Made by a program: the position numbers and the translations under genes. A stretch of DNA of 64,000 bases from Phoronis australis (lineage: Eukaryota > Animalia > Phoronida). How positions within the stretch are numbered: position 1 is the first letter of the stretch; every line of letters starts with the position of its first letter. Below the pieces are notes generated by a model. That model searched no databases. It was not told the DNA's origin and saw only the letters and a list, made by a program, of their open reading frames with translations. This document shows positions 25,560 to 37,680 of the stretch, piece by piece. The stretch covers positions 1 to 64,000 of the forward strand of contig NMRA01000459.1 in assembly GCA_002633005.1 (NCBI GenBank). Direction: 5' to 3'.

Positions 25560-25940
25560 TGGAACCACACAACTGCGTGGAAATTTGTTTACTAGTGTTC
25601 GCGCGAAGGGAAAACCTTATGGTTACCACAATGTTTCTCCTTATGATAAAAGCGCACATGTGCTCACAGTCAGTTACATTTTCCTTGTAAGGGAAATATG
25701 GCATACTAAATAAGGAGACGTGCTTTGCCTTTTGGGAGAAAAATCGATAAAGTGGCGAGCAGTTGACAGATCGTATTTTGAAATTTGAAACTAAAATAAA
25801 ACACTTTGATAAGAACAGAAATTAAAAATCTTTACGAACAAATCCTAAAAATACCTGATGAGCAGGTTCATTTCTGTTTCACTGGCAGCGAATCATTTTC
25901 AATATTGCAATTTAGTTTACTTATCGCGTTCCAGACCTCT
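25560..25940 (+). repeat. Dispersed unclassified repeat, copy 1 (copy 2 at about 61340-61745)
   Basis: Shared blocks such as GGTTACCACA, CTCACAGTCAGTT, AAATAAGGAGACGTGCTTTGCCTT, GCGAGCAGTTGACAGA and TTGCAATTTAGT in the same order. Confidence 0.8.
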
Positions 25941-26676
25941 TTAACGATTCTGTTGTGTCCATGAAGTCAATACTGTATACCGCTGTAAGCTGATTGGTCG
26001 AGAATCGCTGCAAATAATGAATGGCAAAGGAAAGTAAATTGCACTGACAATTTGGTGTTCAAAAATACACGTATCTCAAGTGCCGAATTTGCACTTTGTC
26101 GGCTGGTCAAGTATTGCGTGCATTAAAAAAGTATCTACAAAAACATATAATTTAACTAAAGAAAGTATAGATTTTCTGATTTCAGAAAGCCTGTAGGATC
26201 TGATTTGAGCTACAAACTGTTAAAAACTCCAAATTTCAAGTAAAAAGTCGAGATTTCGAGGTTTAATGCTGGGGTCCATATAAGATTCCGCAGTCATCCA
26301 CTAAAACCGCAATATACTCCAGCAGAGAATAATAAGACACTTATCTTGAGTTCATAATATGCTCGAGCATACGATTGTTTACCCGATTACTTTCTTATCC
26401 TGGTCTGCTCTAGTGACCTCCGCGTCAATGCGCTATACGTGTACGTTCGGATCTGAACTCAAAATTTAGAGTGTTCACTTAATAAAATTTTGAGTTTTTA
26501 GTTGAGCTTGTACCTTGAATCTAGATTTCAAGTGAGACCTTGGAATTTTCAATGGCTTTTAGGTGTTTCAAAAATGGTCATATCATACTCACAGTAGTCC
26601 GGGCTCTGAGAAAAAGGGGTCTCCGGTATGTGGAGAATAACTTCAAGAGAAATTATAATTCATGCCCGTCTCTATT

Positions 26677-27184
26677 GGCCGTTTCACACTGACTTAACAC
26701 CGGTCTGAGCGGAGAGCCGACGTAAACTGCGAAGTTAACTAAACCGTTCATACTGGCTTCGGTAGTTAACGGACATTGAAGTACACGGTAGGTGACGCCG
26801 TTGCCATCGAAGTAATCGCAAAGTAGCGCTGCACGGTATTTTTTCTTTCAATGTGACAATTTGAGAACATTTACATGTGCTAATTGACATAAAACTTATT
26901 TTTAATTACGTTGGTGATTATTTGAGCAAAATATAATAACTAGCGACTACACTACCCTTTAATTGTTGACGATAACAGTGCCACCTGGTGATAACGTCGA
27001 TGGGACCGAAGTTGACCGTTCATACTGCACAGCAGCGTCGACGCTCCGCTGTTAAATCCATCTGTTTAGTGCAAAGTTAACTGGCGCTGTGTTAACTTCG
27101 ATCCAGGACCGAAGTTAACCGTTCATACTGACTGCAACTCCCCCCAATATGTCATCGACGCGTCGAGGTTAGTATGAAAGGCCC
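26677..27184 (+). mobile_element. PIF/Harbinger-like MITE (uninterrupted copy)
   Basis: Imperfect TIRs GGCCGTTTCACACTGAC and GTTAGTATGAAAGGCCC; internal repeats of GAAGTTAAC...CGTTCATACTG; an interrupted reverse copy lies at 54772-57422. Superfamily inferred from terminal style only. Confidence 0.65.
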
Positions 27185-27559
27185 TTATAAGAAGCTTGAC
27201 GGTAAAAGCAGAAATATTAATAGCGTTACGTCTTTACTAAATGTTTTTATTACATGACGAAGTTCAACACGACAAAATTAACAGTCTACTGAAGCTTCAA
27301 AGCACTAAACTAAAACTAATCAAGGAATTTTCATGAGTTAATTTATCGTCAGTGGTTGAAAGACAAATTAAAGTAGGTCTACCTAGACTGTGGATCCTTC
27401 ATTGTATTGTATGTTAATTTTTTCATTTTTTCTTTTCTAGTGGGAAGTGATCAAAGGTAAGATCACAATGAACTCTGGTGTTGCCGTTACTGAACGAGAC
27501 ATATTTATTAGGGGGAGAATTTGAAGAGGTCTTCGTTAGTTTATGAGAACGGACCCTTT

Positions 27560-27671
27560 GTAGTCGACGATTTTGACGTCAGTTTTGGCGACCTCAGATT
27601 TCGTTTGGCGGCCTGGAATTTCCGCTAAGTCGCCAAATATAACTTGTCGTCAAGTTTGGCGTCGAGCACTG
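27560..27671. mobile_element. Isolated right end of a hAT-like element
   Basis: Ends GTCGAGCACTG, like the 16879 terminus, preceded by repeated TTTGGCG/GTCGCC motifs. Confidence 0.45.
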
Positions 27672-27696
27672 AATTCCATAAATTTTTGATGGACAG

Positions 27697-29100
27697 AATT
27701 AAAGGTATACTTTGTAAACTCTTGAACTGCATCTTTTCACCCGGTACTTTTCCTGAAAACTGATGTAATTTTATCTTTTATTTGAAACTGGTAATGCAGA
27801 AGAACTTCGGAATTATAAAGCTACACTGCTGAATGTTACAAGCAAAATTATCGCTTCAGTCTTGAATAGAAGATTAACAACGTGGGTATATGAAAAGTAA
27901 TTATTGGTAGAACAACCATCTGGCTTAATAGAAAAGTATTCACTGATATATGACATTTTTATTCTTCACAGTTTGGTTAAAAATATTTACCAAGACTACA
28001 GTGAAAATTATATTATTGTCCTTATATCGACTTCAGCAAGGCATTTGAGTCGATAAATATAACAATTTGTTCTATACACTAATACCAAAAGATGTGGTTG
28101 GACAACTTAGTCTTAAGAGTTCTACAGACCGTGTTTTCAACTGTTAATCAAGGTGCTAGACTATTGAATTATGAATAACATGTGAAGCTTTTGATTATAA
28201 GACTGGAGTCAGACAAGGTTACACAATAAGCCTACCATAATGGTTCTCTTTGTATATAAACGAACTTCTGATTACTATGTCATGGTGTCATGGGCGCATC
28301 CGGTGGGGGGAGGAGGGTGCTCGGGGGCTCGAACGAGCCCCCAATTTGGTCCGTTTCAGTGAAACAAAAAGTCCGAGTAAACGAGACAAAAGGTCCACAA
28401 AGTCCACAGGAATTCGGTGCAGATATACAACTCGTAGGCCTGAACGTAGTGGGCCCGTCCTCGTTAAGATTTTCAGTAAAAGGTCCGAAAAATTCGAGCC
28501 CCCCTGTATTTTAGGCTAGGTGCGCGCATGCGTGACAACTGGAAGGAGAAATGGTGTTCAAATAGAACCCGCCATTGAAAATGTGTTTTTATTACTACGT
28601 GCCTGTCGTGTCACTCTAGTCGGTGACTCCATTGATGAGTTACCAGTAGACAATTGGATGTTGTGGCTGCAAAATTAATTTTTTTTATTTAAATTGAAAT
28701 ATGCCCGTAAAAATCCAGAAAGTAAACATTGTTGATTTCAAGAAAGGCAGACAGTTGAATATAACATAAAATGGTATTGCAGAGGCACCGAGTTGAACTT
28801 AGAATTGCATTCACTATAATATTTAGGGAATGAGATAGACGAGATGCAGGACACTTGCGCAAAAGGCAAGCAAAGCATTACATTTGGTGAAACATTTTCT
28901 ATGTCAAATGGGATTTAGTAGAAACGCGTTCCTACCCTTTAAATTGTTTTACGGTACGATAGTACCCATGTTGTTTTACGGAGCAGAAATAGGGGGATTA
29001 GCCATAGGTAAGGAATTGACAACGTTGAAACAAAATTTTGAAAATGGTTACTGTTTGCTGGTATTATGACGACCAACGTCATTGCAAAGGAATATTTATC
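27697..29100 (+). mobile_element. Decayed RTE-X-like LINE RT fragment, interrupted by a MITE
   Basis: Broken frames: GTFPENx, TLLNVTSKIIASVLNRRLTTWV, YIDFSKAFES, TGVRQG, FSLYINEL, IVPMLFYGAEIGG. Confidence 0.75.
28289..28530 (+). mobile_element. CATG-ended MITE, same family as 16124-16386
   Basis: CATGGGCGCA...TGCGCGCATG with a collinear interior; a partial reverse copy ends at about 33098. Confidence 0.8.
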
Positions 29101-29387
29101 TGTCGCATATGTGCGCGGTGTTCAGGCTTGCTCGCGCACAACACTATTCAACGTAAAAAATACTCAACAGTTTTGTTCGTCTAAAGTGAATTTGTTTGCA
29201 TCACCGACTTAATTTCAAAAAATGCACAGGCCAGAACCAACAATCCAATTGAGGTCTACATCACGCGCGCTATTCCTACATCGCGGACGCAATTCCCTAT
29301 CCCACACCTAATTTTCGCGTCTCACTAACATGTTTCTTTGCTCATTCACAGCCCAACTGTGCCATCGCACATTATTCCCTGCTCACG

Positions 29388-29544
29388 CATGGGCGGCGCA
29401 GCAATGAAAAAAGTGGGGCTATAGCCCCCCAGCCCCGCCCATGTGGTGCACCGCCCATAGACCGTGGAAGACGCAGCACTGGAAAAAGTGAGGGCTATAG
29501 CTCCCCCCCCACCCCCCCAAGCCCCCTATGGTGCGCCGGCCATG
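29388..29544. mobile_element. Short CATG-ended MITE with 5-bp TSD
   Basis: TCACG|CATGGGCGGCGCA...TGCGCCGGCCATG|TCACG; internal duplicated AAAAAGTG.GGCTATAGC.CCCC unit. Confidence 0.8.
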
Positions 29545-30069
29545 TCACGGACAAACTCGTCGATCGAGCTGCGAAATATGTTCGTGTTACCCTCACACGT
29601 TTGCTGTTTAAAAATAACGAATAAGGTATGTAATCAAATAGAAATTGTCTTGTTCACTATAATGAGAATGTCACACACGTTGTCAAATTTCATTGAAGAA
29701 ATTATCGATACTCTATCAGTAGGTATGGAAAATTAATCAAATTACTGATGGTTCATCAGTCAACGCCAGAATAACGAAAATTATATGTTACGTTTTGTTT
29801 ACTTTGAAGTACATTTAAATGACGCCATGTTGAAAGGGCGATGGCAATACTTTTTAATAAGACTGGTTTGTGCTAAAAATCATTTGTACTGATTTGAAGC
29901 AAAATGAAGTCCACAGTCTGCGAGCAGTTATTAAAGACATATATAAGAATTAATTCTGTATAACGTAAATTATTCGATGCACGGCCTTATAAGAAGGAAG
30001 ACAGCCGGTTATCGAAAGTCAGGGACTAACATTAGAAATTGCCTATAACATTGCGAAATACATAATCGG

Positions 30070-30291
30070 CACCGGCTGTGTGGTAGGGCTCTCTCACGGT
30101 TTATTGGCAATGGAATTTTAGAGGAAAATCTCCCGTGAGCAACTGTAAGTGTTCTTTGAAAAAAAAATCGAGTGAATCCGTTCAACTTAACGCATTTTAT
30201 CCATGCTTCTTTTGACTCCAAATAATAGGCGTCACTGGTCTGGGAGACGACGAGGCACCTCAATGCACACGGCCGTGGCAATACTTGGCAT
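30070..30291 (-). pseudogene. Possible third, heavily decayed THAP domain
   Basis: ATGCCAAGTATTGC (MP.YC-like after a frameshift), KEAWIKCVKL and, in another frame, KNTYSCSR; no clear termini. Confidence 0.3.
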
Positions 30292-33200
30292 CGTGGTAGT
30301 TTGTCGGATACTAGAACATTTATGGTAGCGGTAGCGACCTAGCGGCCTACCGGCTGTGACACCGCACGAGACTCACCCATGTACGGTATAGCCATATTAC
30401 GTCATATGAAATATCTGCCACTGCCTGAAATGGTGCATTAGTCGCCTGCTTACGTAATAGACCCAATGCAAGTGAATTATCAAATTATCTTTTGTTAGAG
30501 TGAACAAACAAGCATGTGGCATAAACAAGTCCGAGTCCATTAGAAACTTCACTGACGCGCATAAACTGCGAAGAGATAAGGGGTATAGGCAACAGACAGC
30601 GTAGGCGAAAACGTTATTTCCTCTGCATGGTTTATTTACTAACCACTGCTATATACATGTATAAGTGATACAGAAGAGACATGGCATTACACACGGTGGA
30701 CAAAAGTACTAATGACTGAGTGATGGAAGTCTATTAAGTACTTCAGGTGAGTTGGCAGGTGTTTGTGAATTTCACAAGCTTAGCGCCAGAGAGGTGTTCG
30801 ATTCAAATTTCCATTCAAACGAGCAGAAACAAAAGTGAGCTAAACCGCTTGGGGTGGATACAGGATGTTACGCAAGTCTGATAATCGACGCGTGGGTGTG
30901 CATGTATGGGGCCCACCTATCACTTCTAAAGAGAGACTGATAGGAGCGTTCTTCGTCAGCCCGCACTTCCCAAGCTGAAATAAAAAGTTAAAAAACTAAT
31001 CGCAAATTGACTTTGATTTTCTAGTTAAACTTAGGTTGAAAAGAGACACAATGGCTTAGGGTGGGAAATAGCTAGTCAATACCCCAGAAGAGTAGCAGTA
31101 TTGTGGGAGTATGCTGCTGAGAAGAAACCGCCCTTGGCTTAACAAAGAGTCCGCACAAGAAGATCATTTTGTGAGAAGCTTCTGCAAAGAATTAACTACT
31201 TTCGTCATTTTTTTCGTAATCCTTTTGCAGAAGTTTTTAACTCCTACAATCAATTATTGAAAATTAACTAGTTCAGCATTGTAGTTTCGATTTCCGACAA
31301 ACTTACATAGAATGTGACACCCTTCTTTATGGAGATGCCAAGCCATAAAACGAATAATTTCGCAGGGAAATTTGTCGGTTTGGGTAGGGAAGCTAGCCGT
31401 GGTCACAAATTCGAGCGCACGTCCCGAATATAACCCTGTGAGTGCCGCCAAACCAACAGGGGCTTCCAACACACGTAAAATTGCAGACCGCCAGATGTTT
31501 TAAGTTGTGTTGTCTGGCGAACCAGACTCCTATATTGCTATTGATAGATACCTTAGGAACCGATGAATCAGCAATTATATTTTTATTCCACGTGTTGATA
31601 TTACGAATAGACGCCTGTTCACACAATCAACATTTCCGTGTCCTAATTAGTTATCAACTATCGTGGCCTAGGACAAGCTCAAGCATGCGCACTGTATGCT
31701 CCAGTGTGAAACTACATATTTCTTCTATGCTACGCTGCATGTCGCCAAAATGATCAAAACTTCTCGAAACTGTTCGAGGGTGGGCCACATGTTGCTAGAG
31801 ATTCAGGAATTCGAGCATTTTCTATCTTTGAAGGCGGAAAGAAGCTGCGCTAAAAGTATGCAGCAGGCCATCATCCAAAACGAGGTCTAGTACATCACAC
31901 GTATTGATTTGTTATTGACAAGTCAATCACATTAAGAACAGGTGCGATAATACAAAACTAGCAAATGGCTCACAACCATGCCAATAAAGCATGTTTGAAA
32001 GAGCACTACTGCATCGTGCTTCAGTCACAAAAGGATAATTATTTCACAACGATGCACCCTTTAAGTAAGAACTTAGCAAACGAACAGACTACTGACGTCA
32101 TCGAATCATCAACGCCTCCAGGTTTATTGTAAACTTCTACTCTTTTTTAACCCAATGTATTGCTATGATCGTTCCCTTGGAATAGAAGAAAGTCACCGAG
32201 TATTTCGTTGCTTATAGTTGAACGGAGTCAATTCTATTCAGTGGCAACATGATGCAAGTCGATTCAAAGCTTTCAAGGGTTTTGGATAAGTCGTCTGTTT
32301 AATTGATGAATTTCCTGGGCCTAGACATTAATATCTTCTTTCTGTTAGTTTGGGATCGAAGTCCAGAGTCTAATCTTTGAACTTGAAACGAGATTAAAAT
32401 ATTTTTGTTATGTTCCGTTCTATTTTTATACCAATTTAAGATAATTGTCTATCATTTTTTGCTTTATAGTTTATCAAGGACAATATTTTGCTGATGCGGT
32501 GGTTCGAGCTAAGGTTGGTAAGTTAGAACAAATAGAATGTGATTAAGATGTTTATTGTAACATAAAGTAATAATGTACTAAGTGTGAATGTGGGTGTGCG
32601 TGAGAGTCAAAGCCCCGCCCCTTTTACCTTGTTCACCCTGTAAATGAAGTGTTATAAGTGTATCTTGTTGAAGAATAAAAATAGTAAAAAATACTGTACT
32701 AGTATGATAGGTGTATAAAACATTATATATTTTTCTAACATATCAAAGATGAGCGTCAAAAGAAAAACCGCCAAATGCCGAACGCACCGCCCATCCGAAG
32801 CGTGGCTGAAATAAAAAGTTTTAGTTTTGTCTCGAAATCTCGAGCTTTTATTCCAGTTTGTAGTTAAAGTCCAAGGATACGGTCTTTGACTAAAAACCTA
32901 GAACTTCATAAACTATTGTAGATTTAAGGGATACGTTCAGAGCTTTGAATTGTACATTCGCCGAATTTTGGTAGCTCCACCTTTTTTATTGGACTTTTGT
33001 CTCGTTTTCTACTATTGTTTCTCTGATTCGGACCTGTTTGCCCACTTCGCCAAATTGGGGCTCGTTCGAACTGCCCGAGCCCCCTGGGTGCACGCATGAC
33101 GCATCCTAGCGGATAATGTCTTGTCTGTAAACCTTCGTCATCTTAGACTCGTTCCTGTCACATGTTTTTGGTTTCTGGAGTAGTGTACCTTTACACCTTT

Positions 33201-36200
33201 TTCAACCCAGTTTGTCTTTATTCATTTTCGAGACCAAAATAAAACATATTTTTAATGATATGGTGCTAAATAATGAAAATGTTTATACCTTTTGCTAATT
33301 TTCCATGTGTTATATTTGTTCACATTTATGTGTTATCATGTCAATGTGTTTGTTGTTTTCGTTTATATTTGAACAATTTATTCAATTGTTGATTTATTCT
33401 TGTCGGTGTGCTTCAATTGAGAACCATAGCGTAAATAAATCGTCATCACATTTCACGTGGCAGCATTATTTTATTTAAATCTTCATGTATTTTACCCTAT
33501 GCTTTTTATTTTTATGTGGACTTTACCAAACAAACCTCTCCCTCTATATCTAGCTATGAATTAATTGAAGTGGAGATTGATAAAAGTGGACAACTAGACC
33601 CACAACCTGTTCACCATTGATCAAGTGTGTATTTTAAGGGTAGACACTTTTCCTACCTGAATTTTTGAATATAGGTGTTCATACTTACCGAGTACCTTTG
33701 TTAGACATTCGGGCATGTCCTTGCTTAGGGAATCCAGTTCTTTTTCCCGAAAGGCAATATTATTCAATTTCAAATGAAGTTCTTCCGGCTTTCACGAAAC
33801 TGACTAATTCTTATAAGTTTCTTTTGCATTTTACTCCGACTCATTTTGAGACAATTGCGCTCATCGACTAAAAACTCCCGTCCGTATCAATTTCAGCAAA
33901 GGCCAGGGGCTTTTTATGAAGCGCTGCTCAGAGGCACTTAAGCAAGGGTAAGAAAGGTCACCATTTACCAAACTAATGAGTAAAAACACATATCCTGTAT
34001 CAGTTTTGCTCGTCTCAGGTGAGTTTCCGTTTTTGAAGAAGTTAGCATCTAAAAACTGCAGCGCCACCACTCGATTTTCAAAAACAAATTGAGAACAGAA
34101 CCAACTATGCTTTTTGGGTTAAAGTCTGACAGGAGGCTCGTGTTACACGTGCTTGATGCAATGTTTCAAATCTGCCTGTACATTGAAACTGTTGGAACAT
34201 ACGATTTATGAGTACAACCTTGTAATTCTTAGAATATAATTGCGGTGCATGAGAACAGGTATGAAGCTCGTGAGAAAAGAAATGGTTTCGTCATAACAGA
34301 GCTTCGTTTGTAAGAACAACGTCTCTGGCCTGTGAGTGAGGAAGATTGCCTACTTGATGTCGCGACTTATTGTTGTTCTCTGTAGCACTGTCACTAGGTG
34401 TCGCTACTGCATGGCGTTTTACGATATATCCAGGTTTTCTGTTATACAAAACGCATGATTATTTTTATCGACTCCTCATTTGAAGTTGTTAGTAGCGCTT
34501 CAGAGAACGCTTTAGGGAAGAATACACGACAAAGTAATGCATCGCGTGGGTTTGTGGCAGCACAGCGGAGTACACTTGCTGGAGTGTGAGACTTAGTGGT
34601 AAGGCAAGATTTTGTAACTTTTCATCGAAAATAAATCAGCTTTTGTTTAATCTTTTTACGCACGCCACACTTTCCCCTTAAGTTGTCGAGTTATTAACTA
34701 GCTTATCAAATAGCAGACGTCCGTCAAGAGCCAACTTGTGTGAGTGGGTATGAGTTTCATATTTTGATCATAAAATAACCTTTGAGCTGTTCGTGGTCAA
34801 CCGACAAAATTCCCGTCATTTTCTGAACCATTATTGAAATACAAAGTTGATCAATGTCGTTGCCTTGAAATGTGAAGCAAATGTACACATATGAGGCCAT
34901 TTGCCTGTCGTTGTAGAGCTCTATCTATTGAACACTATATTTTAACATGATGGAGAGAGACCATTAGAAACGCAACCCCTGCTATTCAGATAGAAATTCA
35001 CGCTGGAAACAAAAATGCCATAATTCACTAAAATAATTGTTATCAAATGGTGAAGTTTTGTTTCAATTGTGACAGCTTAAATTCACATTTAGCAAATAAT
35101 TACCCCCCACTAGGACCCCGAGAACGTTGGCTATTTTGGAGAGGTGTTTCATAATAATACACCTCGCACGCGCACTTTAACGACTAGCTCGCAGACCCAG
35201 CTATCAGTCATTATATGTTCTATTTACATGAACACAATAAAGTATTCCCTATCTGTTTTGCAAGCTTCACAGGTATATTTACTATTCGTTGTTCGAACTG
35301 AAATTACCAAATTGCATAGGATTCTCCCGACGGCTATACTGCCTCGGCGACTGAAGCTAACCTGCATCGACAAGCAACTTAATGGGCTTGCCTGTGAAAC
35401 AACAGTGGCCTGTCAGCTCTTCTGAAACCTAGAAACTATTCTTAATTTGAACAAGGAACAATATGAAAACGATTGTATACCAGGAAGCTGTCAAAAGTTG
35501 TTTTTGACTGAAATGCGTGGGTTTGTCGTTCCTTTAAATAAAACGCAGCAACGAAAAATGGTGTAAACGTTGGTCTTGAAGTTAAAGAAATCTACTTAAG
35601 TTAACGAAGTCTTTTATTAGCGTGCAGAAATTTTTAAAATAACTTCAAGAAATGTTACATGCTTCTACTTACGTGTTGCTGGGTTACAGGCGATATCGTT
35701 TTGTTGTGAACTGAATCATCAACAGTACTGTCGTTTTTTATTTTGATAATATATTTTAAAATAGGTCTGTTTTCCTTGGTTTCTTAATTGCGTCTTTTTA
35801 AGTACTGTACCTCGTTATCTCAACACAGTCTGTTTTCAAATACCCACTGATCTCAGCTAATAAATCGTGCTTCTCACAACGTATACTTGAAGTAGTTTGG
35901 ATAAAAACACGTTTCAAACTAAATTGAATGCAAGGTCAGGGAATCGAGAGTTGGTGGCCAGGAGAGCTCACAACCCCGAGGCCCGTGGTAGTTAAGGGAG
36001 GTCGTTGGTGAAGGAGACACGGTGGAACAAAAACAAACGTTCAAGAGGATTGTGCCGGTCGTCCTCAGTTGTACAAGGATAATAACTCAGAAACCCACAA
36101 GGAACCCTCAAAATTTGACGGGAACTGTTTAAAAATTGCTACGTACATGTATGCGACAGTTGTTAGCTAGTATAAAGAAGAGACGACGTAGATTACGTAA

Positions 36201-36826
36201 CTTTGTATATTGTACATCTGCGCATAATATAAGCTGTACATAAAGGCATGTTATACAAGAAAATAATTGTTCTAAGGGTAAACAAATATTTCTGCGGCAT
36301 CCTTGCCGAAAAATAGCTGAGCAACACCCGAGAAAAAAGCGTAACATTAAAGCTTGCGGTTCCTGCTTAAACTGTAGTCCAAGAATAATTTTAGGCAAGT
36401 GCACTTTTGCCTTGAAGGAGCATTGTTGTTTAGTTCCTGATACACATTAACACAGGAACATGCAAATACATCTTCAAATTACCTATGCAGGGTTAATGCC
36501 CTATTTAAGGGGAAGGCAGCCGGTTTTTCGTGTCATTTTTAGTAAAAATGTGGTTTGTTGATTTTCAGACATATGCTTCAGTTCATCACGTCTCTTCGTG
36601 TTCTACTCAGGAAGTGACGTTTAGGGGTTAAGAATTTCCCGCCAGTTCGTTTCTAGAGCGTTCGAGTTAATGTGAGTATCTGTTCTACTGTTGTTTTGTG
36701 CTGGTTTCCTAAAATTGTCATCACCACTTTCCATCGACGAGTATTCTACGACAAGCTAGGTTGTTAGAGAACTCAATTACATTGGATTTGGGATTCTTTT
36801 AGTATATACATGTAGTAGCAGTGGGT

Positions 36827-36992
36827 GGTTTTTTGTTTGAGCCGGAGTGTAGTGAGGCAGAATGGGGCCTACAGACAGCTGGCAGACACTAAGGAAAGAT
36901 GTGGTGGGACGTCTTGGTGCAAATGCAAGATGTGCACTGTTATGCCGACTTCAATAGAGTGTCTATGCTGTTCCCTCTGGATGATGACCTGA
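36827..36992 (+). pseudogene. KolX (P2X7 C-terminal-like Cys-rich protein) N-terminal remnant
   Basis: GFLFEPECSEAE, then after a frameshift ERCGGTSWCKCKMCTVMPTSIECLCC, matching the FEP...WCxCxxCxxMPTxxExxCC signature. Confidence 0.8.
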
Positions 36993-37329
36993 GCACCCAA
37001 ACCGCTTACATCCACCCGTGTGACTCCCTCGTCACACACTTGGGCACCTTCTAAATAGCTCCAATACTTTAGTCCACAATAAACCCACTAAGGTTTGTCT
37101 CACCGGCCTGGACACTTGACGACGAACTGTCTTCCCCATTGGGTGTCGAACTTGCCTTGTATTGTCTCCCACTACTAAACATCGCTGCAGGGCTGCTTGT
37201 ACAGTCTTAGGGCTGGAGACAACACCAGCACAGTGCGAATCACTGCTAGTTCTCGGAATCGCACGCTCTGGGGGTACGTTCGGAGGCACGGGTGATAAAG
37301 CGCCTTTAGTCACTGTAAAGGCCACAGCT

Positions 37330-37680
37330 TTCGAGGCTACTAGGCTTAGTTTCAAAACTGCACTTCTCGGGGTTGGTGACGGGGCACTACCGGTAATCAA
37401 CAGCGACAGTATGGCACCCTTCTTCAGGCGTTGTTTTGCAGGAACCTTCATCAATTCCGCGTACACATCTCTTCTGTAATCCAATGCCAGAAGATACTTG
37501 CTACACACTCGTTAATTTTCCATTGCTTTGTACGTCGCGTGGACGGTAACACTGCCTTCTTCACACGAACGGGCCAAGTACGGCGGAGTGTGTCATCTTT
37601 CGGAAAGTGGTGTAATGGCAAACCCAAAGTGCAGGACACGATAATGAGTACCCCCGGTCCGCAGCAACCGTGCTGCATGT
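37330..37680 (-). pseudogene. Frameshifted THAP domain (Kolobok transposase N-terminus)
   Basis: GLPLHHFPKDDTLRRTW in one frame, then CSKYLLALDYRRDVYAELMKVPAKQRLKKGAILS (CSxHF...RLKxGAVPS-like) in the next. Confidence 0.85.

Noticed and set aside
33635-34681. Additional TTAA-flanked Kolobok candidate
   Set aside because: The putative ends (GGGTAGACAC and ACTTTCCCC) are not convincing inverted repeats.
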